DNA of 63,143 nucleotides, filler included, from Octopus bimaculoides (lineage: Eukaryota): the NCBI RefSeq assembly GCF_001194135.2. It is 7 parts of 6 records of this genome, joined end to end, with 100 filler letters (N's around TTAATTAATTAA, not from the genome) between each part and the next. Parts side by side here need not be neighbours in the genome. Positions count along the whole stretch, not along the records: positions 8,923 to 25,238 come from NC_068990.1; positions 25,339 to 36,371 come from NC_068990.1; 5 more parts are not named here. One strand, written 5' to 3'. This document shows positions 12,554 to 26,194 of the stretch, in pieces. The notes under the pieces are model-generated. The model worked only from the letters and a program-made list of their open reading frames with translations. It was not told where the DNA came from and did not search any database. Positions within the stretch are counted from its first letter, which is position 1. Each line of letters opens with the position of its first letter. A program made the position numbers and the translations under genes.

Positions 12554-12658
12554 CAGGTATAAGGATACATATATTTATATATAATCACAGAATATAGAAT
12601 TGAAGTATGTGGAATCAAAGGCAATAAAGGGAGAAAATGAGACCATATTAGATAAAAA

Positions 12659-12717
<59 letters not shown>

Positions 12718-13321
12718 ATGATATTGAAAATGTGAAAAGTTTAAAGTAAATTCCTTGATAATCAGTTCCATGTTGGTTGAGTTGTTGACTATTTCAAAGA
12801 GTGTCTTTAACGTTGGCTGGTTATTAATCAGGTTTCTCAGGAAATGTTGGCTGGTTTTACCTAATATATTAAGTCTTGTGTGATATATGGTAATAGACTT
12901 AGATTAGAATGGCCAACTGACTGGAATAATAGCTTGGAACCAAAGTGGCAACAGCAACAGTAGCAGCAGTAGCAGTAGTGGCAGCAGCAATAACAACTGA
13001 GAAAAACTGTAGCAATAACAACAACAACACAAGCCACAGTGATATCAACAACAACAACAACAACAATCACAGTGACATCAGCAATAAGAACAACAAGGAA
13101 AGGCCCAGTGTAATCAGAGAAGGGAACAACAACAACAAAACTGTGGATAACAGTGATATCAAGAAGGAGGTGGAAGAGGAAGAGGTGAAAGAGGGGGAGA
13201 AGAAGAACTAGAAGAATGAAATGAAGAGCATGATGATGATGATGAAGATGAAGAAGAACCAAAACAGGAACAACCACCAAGGTGAAATCAGCAACAACAC
13301 CTGACACAGTAATATCCTTTC

Positions 13322-14005
13322 TACTATAGGCACCAGGTCTGAAATTTTGGCAGAAGGGGCAAGCTGATGCTATCGACCTTAGTATGCAACTGGTACTTAT
13401 TTTATCAACCCCAGAAGGATGGAAGACAAAATTAACCTTGATTGTATTTGAACTCAAAACCTAAAGATGGATGAAGGACTTAGCAAAATTTTGTCTGGTA
13501 TGCTAACCAGCGCTGGATTAACCATTAAGCAAAATACGCATGTGCTTATGGCATCAAGGGAAGGAGGGGGCACCACAGAAATTGTAAATGGTTTACAGCA
13601 CAAAAGTAATCACTTTAAACTTGCGAAAATGATATTCGGGATGCCCTTATCTCTAAGTATAGATGCAGATGTGTTACCTAAGATTAATTTTGAGGATCTG
13701 ATCAAAGACTTTGCAATTCAGAAAGTAGGGGAAATCTTTTAAAATATAAATAAAGTGGAAGTATACAAAAATAAACATTATTTTCCCTCTTACTATTTTG
13801 TTTCGTTTTGAAAAATAAAAATTTATTTCATGGTTTATTATTGTTTATATTTTGAATTACATAATCTTTTGTAGGGGCACCAAAATCTTTTAAGTGCTTA
13901 GGGCCTCAATGGGTCTTAATCTGGCCCTGGTGCCAACGTTTCTTATTTCTTTATTGCCCACAAGGGGCTGCCCGGTGTACTAACGTTTCTGCCAGCTCAC
14001 CACCT
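13322..14005 (-). mobile_element. SINE family A interrupted by a hAT element and other SINE pieces
   Basis: ACTGGTACTTATTTTATCAACCCC...TTTGAACTC at 13389-13456. The head (TAACGTTTCTGCCAGCTCACCACC) resumes after the insertion at about 13980. Confidence 0.6.
13508..13929 (+). mobile_element. Non-autonomous hAT-type DNA transposon (internal deletion derivative, 422 bp)
   Basis: TIRs CAGCGCTGGATTAA / TTAATCTGGCCCTG and an 8-bp TSD ATGCTAAC / GTGCCAAC (6/8). It retains a hAT C-terminal-like peptide, LSLSIDADVLPKINFEDLIKDFAIQK. Confidence 0.75.
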
Positions 14006-16110
14006 TATTTCTGTCAGTTCACCACCTGGTGCTAACGTTTCTGCCAGGTTGTTATCTATCCTGCCACAATAATATAAATAACAGTAACAACAGCAACATT
14101 AATAACAGCTATGCCAGGAACGGTAAACAACAACAACTACAATAAGGATTTCAAATTTTTCCCCAAGGGCAGCTTGGGGGAGGGGATTAAGTCGATAACT
14201 GGTACTTATTTAATAGACCCTGCAAAGATGAAAGGCAAAATCGACCTCAGTGGAATTTGAACTCAGAACATAGCAAACAACAACTACAATAATAGCAATA
14301 ATAAGCCAACAAGAGCCTCAAGGTGTTAGCCATCTGACTTTCAATGAATAGTAGCCAAATTCCCCCTAAGAGTGTAATCTCTCTTACAATCTTGAAAGAG
14401 AAAGAGGAGCATATTGGACAATACAGATTGGTCAAGGTATGAGGACAAAATAATCTAAGCTTAGATATTTTGATTTATATGCTTACATTTTCATTGCTCA
14501 ACTGGTCTAAACAACAACAATTCAAGTCAGCATAACTTCAACAGTAAGAATTTTGTGCACACTTACAGTTTTCTTTATTTCTTTGTTGTTCTTAAGATGA
14601 CTTCAGTAGCATATCCTTCTGTTTTTTTTTTTTTCTAAGCAGCTCTCAGCTCCCTTGCTCAATCTCTATCTATCTCTAAAGAAAAGAGTTACATGAGTAG
14701 TCTCCCATGACCATTCTCACAGCACAACATAACAGAGAGAGAGGGGGAGGGGAGAGAGGGGGGAGATATAAGGGGGAGAGATAGGGGGAGGGGTGAGAAT
14801 CAATAGCAGTTCCTGATTGGTGCTTTGCAAGGACGAAAAGTGAAGTTGACTTCTACAGAATTTGATCTTAGAGATTAGAAATTAGAAACAGATCCTTCAA
14901 GGCTTTCTATCTCATGCTTTAACAACTCTGCCTCTTTGCCACTTAACAGAGAAAGAAGATGACACATTAGTATAGAAAAGACCCCACTGGTTAGATTGAA
15001 CAACAGGTCATGACACAAAATAACATACTTAGAGCAGAAGATATGGCTATAAGATATCAAAATAGGACTTTGCAATAGGATATTCTTATAAGATACTACC
15101 ACAGGATAATACAATAGGAAATTATAGGACTTTGCAGTATGATATTACTGTAGAATATTATAAGAACATACTACAATAGACTGTTACAATAGGATTTACA
15201 ATGAGATATTTTAATGCTATATCAGTAAGATATAGAAATAAAATAATACAATAGGATATCAAAAAATGGACACTACAGAAGGATATTATAAATAGTTATA
15301 TGGAACTATTAAGCTATTACAATAAGTTATTTAAATGAGATGAAACATACACAACCTCTAAGGAAGGTTCCATTTAGGGTCAAAATTCATTTAAAATCAT
15401 TTCCTTGTTTTTTTTTTTTGTGACCATAGTGGAATATAGAAAAAAGATACATTTACATTTGACAGTATATATATTTTTACAGCTTCAGATAAATCTGATA
15501 TTGTTCTAGGACAGACATCTATTTATATGTGGATTGCCTACTCTGTCAGGGTCATTTTGAGACTGAAACAAAACAAGCATAAACTACTGAAAAAAACAAG
15601 TATAAACTATGTTATAGAGAACTGCAGTATATCATAATATGGTTTCACCAAACTGTACAGCATATCAATATGTAGTACTTCAGGGATGCTCATGATATTG
15701 CATGCAACAACACTGCTCTGTACAGGCTGTGGTACTAAACTACATTGTGATTAGACTACATTGTGCAACACGACAGTATATGGTGCTTCAGTAATATTTT
15801 ACTACACTGTACTGCATGACATGGGACCCCACCCCACTCAAAATAGCTGCATGATCTCACTTGATATCCTATTATCCTAAATAAGAACAGGAAACATTCA
15901 ATAATGTTATCTTGTGTACCATTTATGAAGACAGGATGGTCATTGCTGGAATACATAGCAAAATGGATTCTCGGGGTCAGGACTGACCTGGGGATAAAAA
16001 AAATTACAAAAATCAACAATAGCAATATCTATCATGAAACAGTACATAAATATTTCTGACCGACACTTCTGTCATCACTCTTGTGGTCCAAACCTATCAT
16101 GCCCACCACA

Positions 16111-16494
16111 GTTGTTGGCACTCCGTCATTTACAACGTCGAGGGTTCCAGTTGATCCGATCAATGGAACAACCTGCTCGTGAAATTAACGTGCAATTGGC
16201 TGAGCACTCCACAGACACGTGTACCCTTAACATAGTTCTCGGGGATATTCAGCATGACACAGTGTGACAAGGCTGACTCTTTGAATTACAAGCACAACAG
16301 AAACAGGAAGAAAGAGTGAGAGAAAGTTGTGGTGGAAGAGTACAGCAGGGTTCGCCACCATCCCCTGCCAGAGCCTCGTAGAGCTTTAGGTGTTTTCGCT
16401 CAATAAACACTCACAACGCCCGGTCTGGGAATCGAAACCGCGATCCTATGACCGCGAGTCCGCTGCCCTAACCACTGTACCATTGCGCCTCCAC
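16111..16494 (-). mobile_element. tRNA-derived SINE family C, full length
   Basis: Minus-strand head GTGGAGGCGCAATGG...GGTTTCGATTCCC and an AAC tail. Near-identical to 60354-60740; imperfect TSD TGCCCACCAC / TGCCTACCAC. Confidence 0.85.
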
Positions 16495-16639
16495 TGCCTA
16501 CCACTAATCAATAGCTTAATACATCCTTCCTAGAACACTAATCTTAGTGGTATAGGAGGGCTTGTAGAGGCTATGGGCAATGCCCCTTCCTTCAGATCCA
16601 GCAAGAGAAAGAAAAGAAGATGACACTAGTAGTAATTCT

Positions 16640-17710
16640 ACTACAAGAACCAATGGCAGAAACATTGTCACTAATGCCAACACCAACAACAGCACAACCA
16701 GTAATACACAGCACCTTTAACAACAGCAGCAGCAGCAGTGTTACCATCACAAAAACCAATACCAAAAACCAATACAACTAACAATACAACCACCAACACA
16801 GCCATCAACATTGCCAACACCACCACAAACAACACTGTCAATTTCAGCATTAACAACAGTACTAATAAGAACAACAACAAAACACTCCACCAACACCAAA
16901 ACCAACATCAACAACGCAAACAACAGCAACTGCAACTTGGCCTACAATAATAACAGTGACAACATCAACATAAACATCCACCAACTACCACCACAGCAAC
17001 AACATTCACTACCACAATCACTACCACCATACACATCATAACCAAAGCCACCACTACCACAACTGCTACCACTACAACTGCTACCACCACCACCACCACC
17101 ACTACCNNNNNNNNNNNNNNNNNNNNNNNNNNNNNNNNNNNNNNNNNNNNNNNNNNNNNNNNNNNNNNNNNNNNNNNNNNNNNNNNNNNNNNNNNNNNNN
17201 NNNNNNNNNNNNNNNNNNNNNNNNNNNNNNNNNNNNNNNNNNNNNNNNNNNNNNNNNNNNNNNNNNNNNNNNNNNNNNNNNNNNNNNNNNNNNNNNNNNN
17301 NNNNNNNNNNNNNNNNNNNNNNNNNNNNNNNNNNNNNNNNNNNNNNNNNNNNNNNNNNNNNNNNNNNNNNNNNNNNNNNNNNNNNNNNNNNNNNNNNNNN
17401 NNNNNNNNNNNNNNNNNNNNNNNNNNNNNNNNNNNNNNNNNNNNNNNNNNNNNNNNNNNNNNNNNNNNNNNNNNNNNNNNNNNNNNCAACTGCTACCACT
17501 GCAACTGCTACCACCACAACCACCACCACACAAACTACGACCACCATACACAGCACCACCAAAGCCACCACCACCACCACCACCATAACCACAACTGCTA
17601 TCACCACAACTGCTACCACCACAACTGCTACCACTACAACCACTGCCACCACAAAACACCAATACCAATAACAACGACAACAAAAACAACATCAACACCA
17701 ACAAAAACAC
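16640..17710. repeat. Degenerate (ACC/AAC)n trinucleotide array with an internal gap
   Basis: Directly visible; it generates the poly-T/V/G ORFs. Confidence 0.9.
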
Positions 17711-17794
17711 AAATTGAAAAAAAATAAGAAAAAAAAAACAAAAAGCCTCACCTCACCACACACCTCTGCAAATCTTTCCACCTTGTGTAGCGAG

Positions 17795-17910
17795 ATATTT
17801 TAGCAAGTAATCTAGGTGTCCGCCCATTTCTTTGATTCGGTTGCATGAAGCATGGATAATTTGGTCAAAGACTTTCTCCAGATATTTCCTTATATTGGAC
17901 CATCGACGTT
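17795..17910 (-). pseudogene. Possible Tc1/mariner transposase C-terminal remnant
   Basis: Hand translation IRKYLEKVFDQIIHASCNRIKEMGGHLDYLL resembles the ...GGHxxHLL ending of mariner-like transposases. Short match only. Confidence 0.35.
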
Positions 17911-18373
17911 ATATGTTCTTATGAAGTCGTCATCACAGCCAAACACCTTAATCATAACGAATAAATAACAACATTGGACAAACCAACACACACCACCCAC
18001 TCTCTCTCTCTCTCTCACTCCCGCTCTCTATTTCTCTACCCTCCCTTTTTTCACTCTTTCACTCTCTCTTTCTTCCTCTCTCCCTCTCTCTCCCTCTCTC
18101 TCTCTCTTTTTCATATCTCTCTTACACTAATGCTCGCAACCCTAAGTTACCCACCACACATCCCGAATAAGTAAACATGCATACACATAGTAACAAATAG
18201 TTACATACAGTAACATACATGCAAACACGCAATTTGTTTGAGTAACATGACAATGTGTCTGTATGGGTCTATACAAGTGTGTGAGCGTAAATGTTTGCAT
18301 AATATATAAATAAATGTATATACATATAATTACGCCTATATATATATATATATATGCCTATATATATATATAT

Positions 18374-18446
<73 letters not shown>

Positions 18447-18645
18447 TATATATAAATATGTGTATGTGTGTGTACATATATATATATATAAGCATATATG
18501 TGTATATGTATATATATGTATGTGTGCATGCATGTGTGTATATATGTATATATATATATATATTTATGTGTACACACACACACACACTCACGCATATGCA
18601 TACATATACTTATGCATGCGAACATGTGTGTGTGTGTCTGTGCGT

Positions 18646-18677
<32 letters not shown>

Positions 18678-20139
18678 GCATGCACAGTACTTCCCCGAAG
18701 AATTCAAAAACAAAAAGAAAAAGCAGTGAAATATGGTTTGGTGAAAGAAGTTTTCACCATATTAATATAATTGTTGTTGTTGATGTTAGCAATGTTGCTT
18801 TCTTTATTGTTTGTCATAAGTTTTTGTTGTTAGCATTATTGCTGACATTATCGTTGTTGTTGCTATTCTTGTGTGTATTTTTGCTTTTTATTGTTCTTAC
18901 CATTATTCTTTGTGTGTTGTTGTTGTTGTTGCTATTTTTGTTGGTGTTTCTTTATATTATTGTTGCAGCTACCGTTGCAGGTGTTTTTTTGTTGTTATTG
19001 CCACCTTTGCTATTCTTATTTATATTTTTGGTAGTGTTGTTGTTGTTGTTGCTCACTTCTCTCTAGCTCCTGCTGATAGAGGGGCTTCTTGTGATTGTTG
19101 TTGTTATTGTAGTGGCAATCAACTACAAGGAGGAAAAGAGAGGGAGTAGTATTTGTGTGCATTCTTGTCATGCATTCTGTTGTTGTTTAACCCCGGGTCA
19201 CGCAACAACAACAACAACAACAACAGTAGCAGCAACAATAAAGAGGACATAGGTCTGCTATGATCACATAGAACTATGAGCAAAAGCAATCCAACTGTGA
19301 CCAAACTGCCTTTTTGTACATCTGGACCACACAGGATGATGTGCTCTTCATTATAAAACCACGTGGTGGTATTTGGGAAAAATTTGGCAACTGTTTCTTG
19401 TAGGTTGGATAACTGTGAAGTGACTCCTTCATTTAAATTGTTGTAGCATGTAGTAGTAGTAGTAGTTGTTGCCACTGTTCCTGGAGTTGTTCTTGGTGTT
19501 ATTGCTGCTGTTAACAAATCATCATCATCATCATCATCTTCATCATTATCGTCATCGTCGTCGTCGTCATTGTCATCATGATCATTGTTTTAATGTGTAC
19601 TTTTCAATGTTTGTGTGGGTGTATTGGAATTTGTTCAGTCAGATTTTCTATGGATGGATGCCTTTCCTGCTACTAACCTTCACCTATTTTCCAGGATGGT
19701 AATATTTTCCCCCTTGTATATCTATGTCTATATGTTTGCATATATCATTATTCACATACTTGTATGCATACATTATTATATATACACATATATATGTATG
19801 CCCACATAATTATATAAATATGCATGCATACATAATTATATATATATATATATTGGTTCGGCCATCGTCCACGCAACATCTATATTCCTCCCTGTGCCTA
19901 TCAAATTTTGTATCCCTGCCATAAGGCTTTACTTCCACACACATCAGCTTAATTTAATTTGTCCTTAGTCAAAAGACACCTGTTGTTATGTCTTGTTATT
20001 TGTATTTGTGTAATATTCTCTGTTTTTTTCGTCCTTGTTTTCATATACAGTCGCTGCTTTCTTCCAAGGAATCTAATGCTCTTAGCTTAGTTTTTTCCTT
20101 GGGGCTGGCCAGATTGGAGCAATCTTGAATGTAACTAAC

Positions 20140-20315
20140 CAAAATTGCAAAGATAATCTAGAACTTGACCGAGAAAAGAAAACTCCGAATGACCCTTTCC
20201 TTGTTTTCTTTGTATCGTCTATCTGGATGTTTTGTTGTTCCTTTTTTGTATCACCTGACTGTCTGGATGTTTTGCGTTCTTGTCCCATTTTGTATATATA
20301 TATATATATTGTAAT
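20140..20315 (+). repeat. Dispersed repeat, second copy at about 23095-23260
   Basis: Both copies share GATAATCT...AACTTGAC.GAG.AGA.A.CT.C.AATGACCC.TCCTTG...TCTGGATGTTTT and end in (TA)n. Family not identified. Confidence 0.6.
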
Positions 20316-20663
20316 ATTGTCCTCATACCAGGATATATTGTTTGTGGCCAAGTCAAAATAATGTTTGTGAAGTTTTGTTTCACAAATGCAGACATGGTAA
20401 GTGAATCGAATGCAAGGTATTAATAATGATGACAGTAAAAAGCATAATTGATCGGCAATAATAAGGATAATGATGATGGTGATGATAATAATACGTTATG
20501 TTGATAAGCAGCCTCAATCTGTTGTTGTTGTTGTTGCTGCTGCTGCTGCCGATGACGACGACGACGATGATGAGGAAGAGGAGGAGGACGAAGACGATAA
20601 TAAGGAGGGCGAGGATGATAGGGAGGTAGAAGAGGAGAACAAAGAAGATTATACAGTAAAAGA

Positions 20664-20888
20664 TTAACATATTAGCATTCAAATCGGCCATGTCTGGCCC
20701 AAATATTTTACCTCCTTTTGGTTCAAAGCCAACTAGATCCAGTCTCTTAAACCACACTATCATTTCCAAAGTAAAGAGCCACATCACAGAAATCTCACAG
20801 CTCTGAGATAAAGCATAATTAATTCAAGACAATGTGAATAAAAAGCATCATGTTTGGTATTAGAAGAATCTGAATACCAAAGGGTTAA
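20664..20888. mobile_element. piggyBac-like MITE
   Basis: TTAA at both ends. Right end TCTGAATACCAAAGGG-TTAA; degenerate left end TTAA-CATATTAGCATTCAAAT (11/17 to the right end). Confidence 0.5.
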
Positions 20889-21974
20889 ACAATCAACTGC
20901 AATTTTACACTTCATCAACCCCACTTCACATTTTATGCACCGATTTCCAGTCCTACACTCAGTCCAGAGTTAAAACAGTAAGTACCAGTCATATCATATC
21001 ACTGATTCACAATATTAAATGCTAAACTAACTTTCATTTGGAGTTATGTATTACAAAACTTTTATTTCACATTTATTATCTGAGCAACATTTTATTTTTG
21101 TAGTGTCTTTTGTTTTTCTCCTAACTTTGTTGCTTTTACTAATTGCTTTGTTTGAAAAATTTATTTTGAGAATTTATTGTTTGGAAAACATATTTTGCAA
21201 GATTTGTGTTAGTTTGGTTTGTTATCTATAAAAGCATTCTTTTTTTTTTCTGTGTGTTTATTAACATTAGACTGGTTAATAGACTAGTCAATGATGAAAT
21301 AGTGTATTCGCTTAAGATGTTTAAATTTCATGAAGAAACTAAAGTTAGACAAAGATATTTATGTACTTAAACAGCAAGTTGTACATAATGATATATCTAT
21401 ATACTGAACATAAATATTTTTAGTGTAAATTTGACAAAAGAACAGAAATACAGTTGAGTAATAAAGATGTAATGTTGCTCAATTTTACTGAGTCTCAGCT
21501 GATGAAGTGCTGAAACAGCTGTTGCCATGGTAAGCTTGTATCTTGTCACATGGAATGGTTATGTGGTTAAGAATTTCATTTAGCAATTACATATTTCCTG
21601 ATTTGATCCTACTTGCAATATAGGATCATATTGTGCATGATCTCTGAAACCTAATTGACAGAAGCTAAGCATTGGTATGGTGTATACACACATGCACAAA
21701 CTCATACACACATACACATGTATATATGTGTGTGAATTCTGGCTTCAAATTTTGGTACAAGCCCAGCAAGATTTGGGAGTGGGGGGCTAAGTCGATAACA
21801 TCAGCCCCAGTTATATATGTACCAGTTAAGTGAAAAGTGGAGGGAAAGTGCGCAAGAAGAGAAGGCAAGGAAACTCGCTCACATTTCCTTGCCTTCTCTT
21901 CTGGCTCACTTTCCCTCCATTTTTCACTTCACTGTGTCCCTGTCATTTTTTCTCACCCCTCCTTAATTCTTTTG

Positions 21975-22559
21975 TAAAGTTTTCTCATCTGAGAAAAAAG
22001 CAAAGCATGTTCGGTTGGAGGGGATGCTAGAGTTCATTCAAAACTTTGTAGCATGGACTTACTTCTTGTCCTTGAAGGCTTGAGACAAAAAATTGGCCCT
22101 TTCTCATCTTGTATGAGGAATACCGAATGTCTTCAAGCACTACCTGCATGATAAAAAGTTTAGGCGCTCCCATGTCCCTGACAATAGATCTGATTGACTT
22201 GGTGGGACTGTTTTCAATCATAGCCTGGACCTCACCAAAAAATTAAGGAGTTCTTTTCTTATCAGAACAATGAAAGTGAGTTTTCTGAGCTGCCGTACCT
22301 TTGTAATCACCATCAGACTCATCTAACTCTTTCTGAATTCTCTGCACTATCCTCAGATTGACACTTAAATTCACTAAAATGTTTGTATTGAGCTTCCAGT
22401 ATGAATGCCAAACAATAAAGCATGTCGTTTCCAAATTTCTGGCTGAGTGAATTGCAAACGGTGCCTAACTATACTGTGTAGTTAACAAAATCAAAAACAA
22501 ACAATGTGCATGCGCAAAATTAGAAATATAAACTGCAACAATTTACCCATCGCACCCTG
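21975..22559 (-). mobile_element. Tc1/mariner-superfamily transposon, truncated (left TIR plus transposase N-terminal half)
   Basis: TA|CAGGGTGCGATGGGTAAATTG terminus at 22559. Peptides MIENSPTKSIRSIVRDMG...EDIRYSSYKMRKGQF and FFSDEK (first catalytic D); frameshifts and stops. Confidence 0.8.
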
Positions 22560-25195
22560 TATATATGCATATATATATATATATATATATGCATGAGTAT
22601 GCATGCGTATGGTGAGAAGGTGAGAATGCGTAAAAGTTGTGAACATAAGTTTTTACATTTATGCAAAGCAGCTTATAAGTATTTCATCCATGGTGATATC
22701 TGTTATATAAGGAGTTTTCTGTTAAATAGTTTACATCACCAAATCATCAGAGAAAGCATAAGAAATGTAATCATTTTAATAGTATAACAGATATTATTGT
22801 TAATGAAACATATGTAAGATGAAATAAATAAATGTCAAATTTATTTTCACATTGCTATTCTAATTAGATTCTGTATTCAGAATATTCAAATATTGTAATG
22901 GTCAAATTCTGGCTGCAAAACCTGTTTAAACATAAGGTGCCTGCAATAATAGTGGTTGGACAGAAGTGAAAATGACTTGCAGAAAATGAGGATGAGATTG
23001 CCTGAAAACATTGATAAAGATGAGCTTGGAAACTCAATGAGAATGATTAATCTAGAATATAATCTGGTTGTCAATGAAACATCTGGAAAGAAAAGCTACT
23101 TCCGCTGAAACTGTAAGGATAATCTGGAAACTTGACTGAGGAGAGAAAGCTGCAAATGACCCCTCCTTGTTTTTTCTTGTCCATCTTTGTATCATCTATC
23201 TGTCTGGATGTTTTATAGTTGTTTGTTGTGTTTTTGTTCCATCTTTTGGATTTATATATACATAGAGTGGCGTATGTAGACTTTTGCTCACCTTATACAC
23301 ACACGCACACACACATGTATATATATATGATCCAAAAGTAAAAGAGTTCCTTTTGTTTGTGCATATATGTATATATATACGTATGTATGTGTATGGAGAG
23401 AGAGAGAGGCACAAAGAGAAAGAGAAAGATGCATGGAAAATGTTTGATAGACTGATGCTGCTGCTGATGCCAATAATGATGATGGTGATGATGATTATGA
23501 TGATATATGTGTGTGTATTTGCTGGTGTATGTATGCATAAGAGTGTATGATTGTGTCAGAGTGTGCATGTATATGTGTGTGTTTATATTTGAACAAAAAA
23601 TTGCATTTAATAAAACTACCCTTCAATAACTATTTTGCTAGCTCTTGGATAATTGAACAAAAAGCATAAAACAGTAATATAAAATGAAAAAAAAGAAAGA
23701 ATGAAGAGGCCCAAGAGAAATTCAAGTCTTACCCTTATGGTAAAAAAGTTCTTTATTAAATATAATTATGAAACATGATGATGAATCAAAAAGATAGCAA
23801 AAGAAGCACAATAACTATGATAATAAAATTATGATTATAACAATAATGATAATAATAGTAATTATCATAACATTAATGATAATTTACTTTGCAAGTATAT
23901 TGCAAAATAAAAATAATAAAAAAAGTATATATGTTGTTTTTTAATTGTTATAATTTATTGTACTTTCACATTTTAGAGGAAAGTTGGGAGATGGAGATGC
24001 GTTTCCCTTTGAACAGCTTTCATATTGTTTTTGAATATATATGTATAGTATTGATCATATTATTATCATTATTACTATTATTAAATTAACAAAAATGTTA
24101 AATGAAAAATTAATAAGCGTATTGAGAAAAAATTAATGAAAATGTAAAGCATTATATACACACATACCCATACACACAAACACACACACACACACACACG
24201 TATATAGATACATACATATACATATGTGTTTTTCATGAATTAGCCCTAATAGGAAATTAGCTTGCTAAAAAGGGGCTGAAATATTCAGTTTTACTTTCAA
24301 CCAAATTTATTTAATTTACAAGTATTAATTATAATTTATACATTCATAAATAAATAAACACACACACGCACACACATATAGAAGTGTGTATGTATTTACC
24401 TATATTTAAATGTATGTATATCTGTACACACATACATAGATATATTTACACTTAACAATATATAAAGTGTTTCGGCTTATTTGTTATAATAAATTGGTGG
24501 ATATTTTCAGTGTTAATATAAGCACATAGAATTATATCAGTGCCACATAAATCTCAAAAAATTGCATACACAAACACAAAATTGTGTGTGTGTGTGTGCA
24601 TGTGAGTGTGTGAATGCATATGTCTATGTATAACTATATTTCTTTAAATATATATGTAAGAATATTTGTGTTGTATGAAAATATTTTTGCCCTCAACTTT
24701 ATTTTTTCTTCCTTAATTTCATTAGGTTTTCTCCATATATATATATATATTTTATACATTTACATATTTACTTACTTAATGGTTTTGTTTTATTGGTTTT
24801 CAGGGGAATTGCTGAATTTTATTCATTAAATTAAGCTAATCAGTCCTCTCAAGCTACTGTATATGAAAAAAAAAAAAAAAAAAATCAAAAGGAAAAAAAT
24901 GAAATTTCTCTGAAAACTGGAACAAATTTTTTCTAGGAGTTTGAAAACACATATAAAAGAAAAAGTTGTGTGTACATATATATTTCTATGAATATGTATA
25001 TACATACCAATATGTAGGTATATATATATACACATATGAGTATGTATATAATGTAACTGCTTCCAAATCTCCTTTTTTATGTTTGTTTGTGCGTGTGTAT
25101 GTGTGTATATTTCTTTATCGATACATTCAAGTATATATACATATATATATATATATGCATATACATATATGTATATGTATATATATATGTATATA

Positions 25196-25238
<43 letters not shown>

Positions 25239-25282
25239 NNNNNNNNNNNNNNNNNNNNNNNNNNNNNNNNNNNNNNNNNNNN

Positions 25283-25294
25283 TTAATTAATTAA
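25283..25294. other. Artificial scaffold-joining linker
   Basis: N44-TTAATTAATTAA-N44. Confidence 0.95.
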
Positions 25295-25342
25295 NNNNNN
25301 NNNNNNNNNNNNNNNNNNNNNNNNNNNNNNNNNNNNNNGTAC

Positions 25343-25594
25343 TGTTATGTTTCCCTCGGGTGACTCGCAGAGATAACACAACGAGTTATACAATTTAATT
25401 ATTACATTTATTGTTCAATTACATACAAAGAACGCACTCACCCAATGTTCGTTATGAATAAACAAAAGTCATGTCCGCCATATATATATCAATGACATTT
25501 TACTACGACAGTCCCACAAGACAACAACAATGAAACAATGAACTAAGACGAACCACATGACACACGGAACGTCAGACGAATTACATATCTAACA
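25343..25594 (-). mobile_element. Probable solo LTR (252 bp)
   Basis: TGTTA...TAACA termini, 4-bp flanks GTAC / GTCC, and a TATA-like run followed by AATAAA on the minus strand. Confidence 0.5.
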
Positions 25595-26194
25595 GTCCAT
25601 ATAACAGGTACTATAGAAGTAACGTTGCAAAATGAACAGACAAATTAGACTTAGTCAGGATTAGAATACAGTTGTAGGTTGTAGATAAAAAGAACCCCAA
25701 TTAAATCATAAAATTGAAAAGGTAGGATAAATACTATGGGAGGTTAAATATTCCTGTGTAGGGGTACCCATTTCCAGGTATTAAACTATGGTCTATTAAC
25801 AAGTAAAAGGGTTATTGACAAATATATATTGATAAAATTAAGGAAGGGAACTTTCTGAAGTTGGTAACGAGTCTGTGATGCAGAATTAGTTTACCTAGCG
25901 GTTCTTTTTATAGTTTCCCTTCATATAACAAAATACTATTGAAATTAATTGATAGCAGAACGTTTTCTCTCCTTATATTTTCCTCAAATACTAGAGCTAT
26001 CTTAAATATTGAAACGCTTCACTAGAGGAATGAAAAACAATGAGAATCTTGTTGTGGTGTGATCTTAGAACGTACAACAACGATACTAAACATCAAATAA
26101 AACTTAAAACAGAAGTTTCGTTTTGGTTACACCATTACTCAAATACCTTTAGTAGCACAGTGTTCGTGATTTAAAGTTGACTAATGACTAAATA

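Noticed and set aside
12945-13211. Asn/Glu-rich ORF
   Set aside because: A product of AAC, GCA and GAA repeats.
14875-15114. Minus-strand ORF with an apparent acceptor site
   Set aside because: It overlaps a degenerate family A SINE head.
18269-19066. YI/HT/CV-repeat ORFs
   Set aside because: Dinucleotide microsatellite translations.
19119-19517. 132-aa minus-strand ORF with a ~70-codon non-repetitive core
   Set aside because: No recognisable domain, weak splice signals, and flanked by SINE tails and trinucleotide repeats.
23130-23165. CTTGACTGAGGAG...GAAT as a hammerhead in the 20140/23095 repeat
   Set aside because: Core spacing is wrong, position 15.1 is U, and neither copy gives stems I and III.
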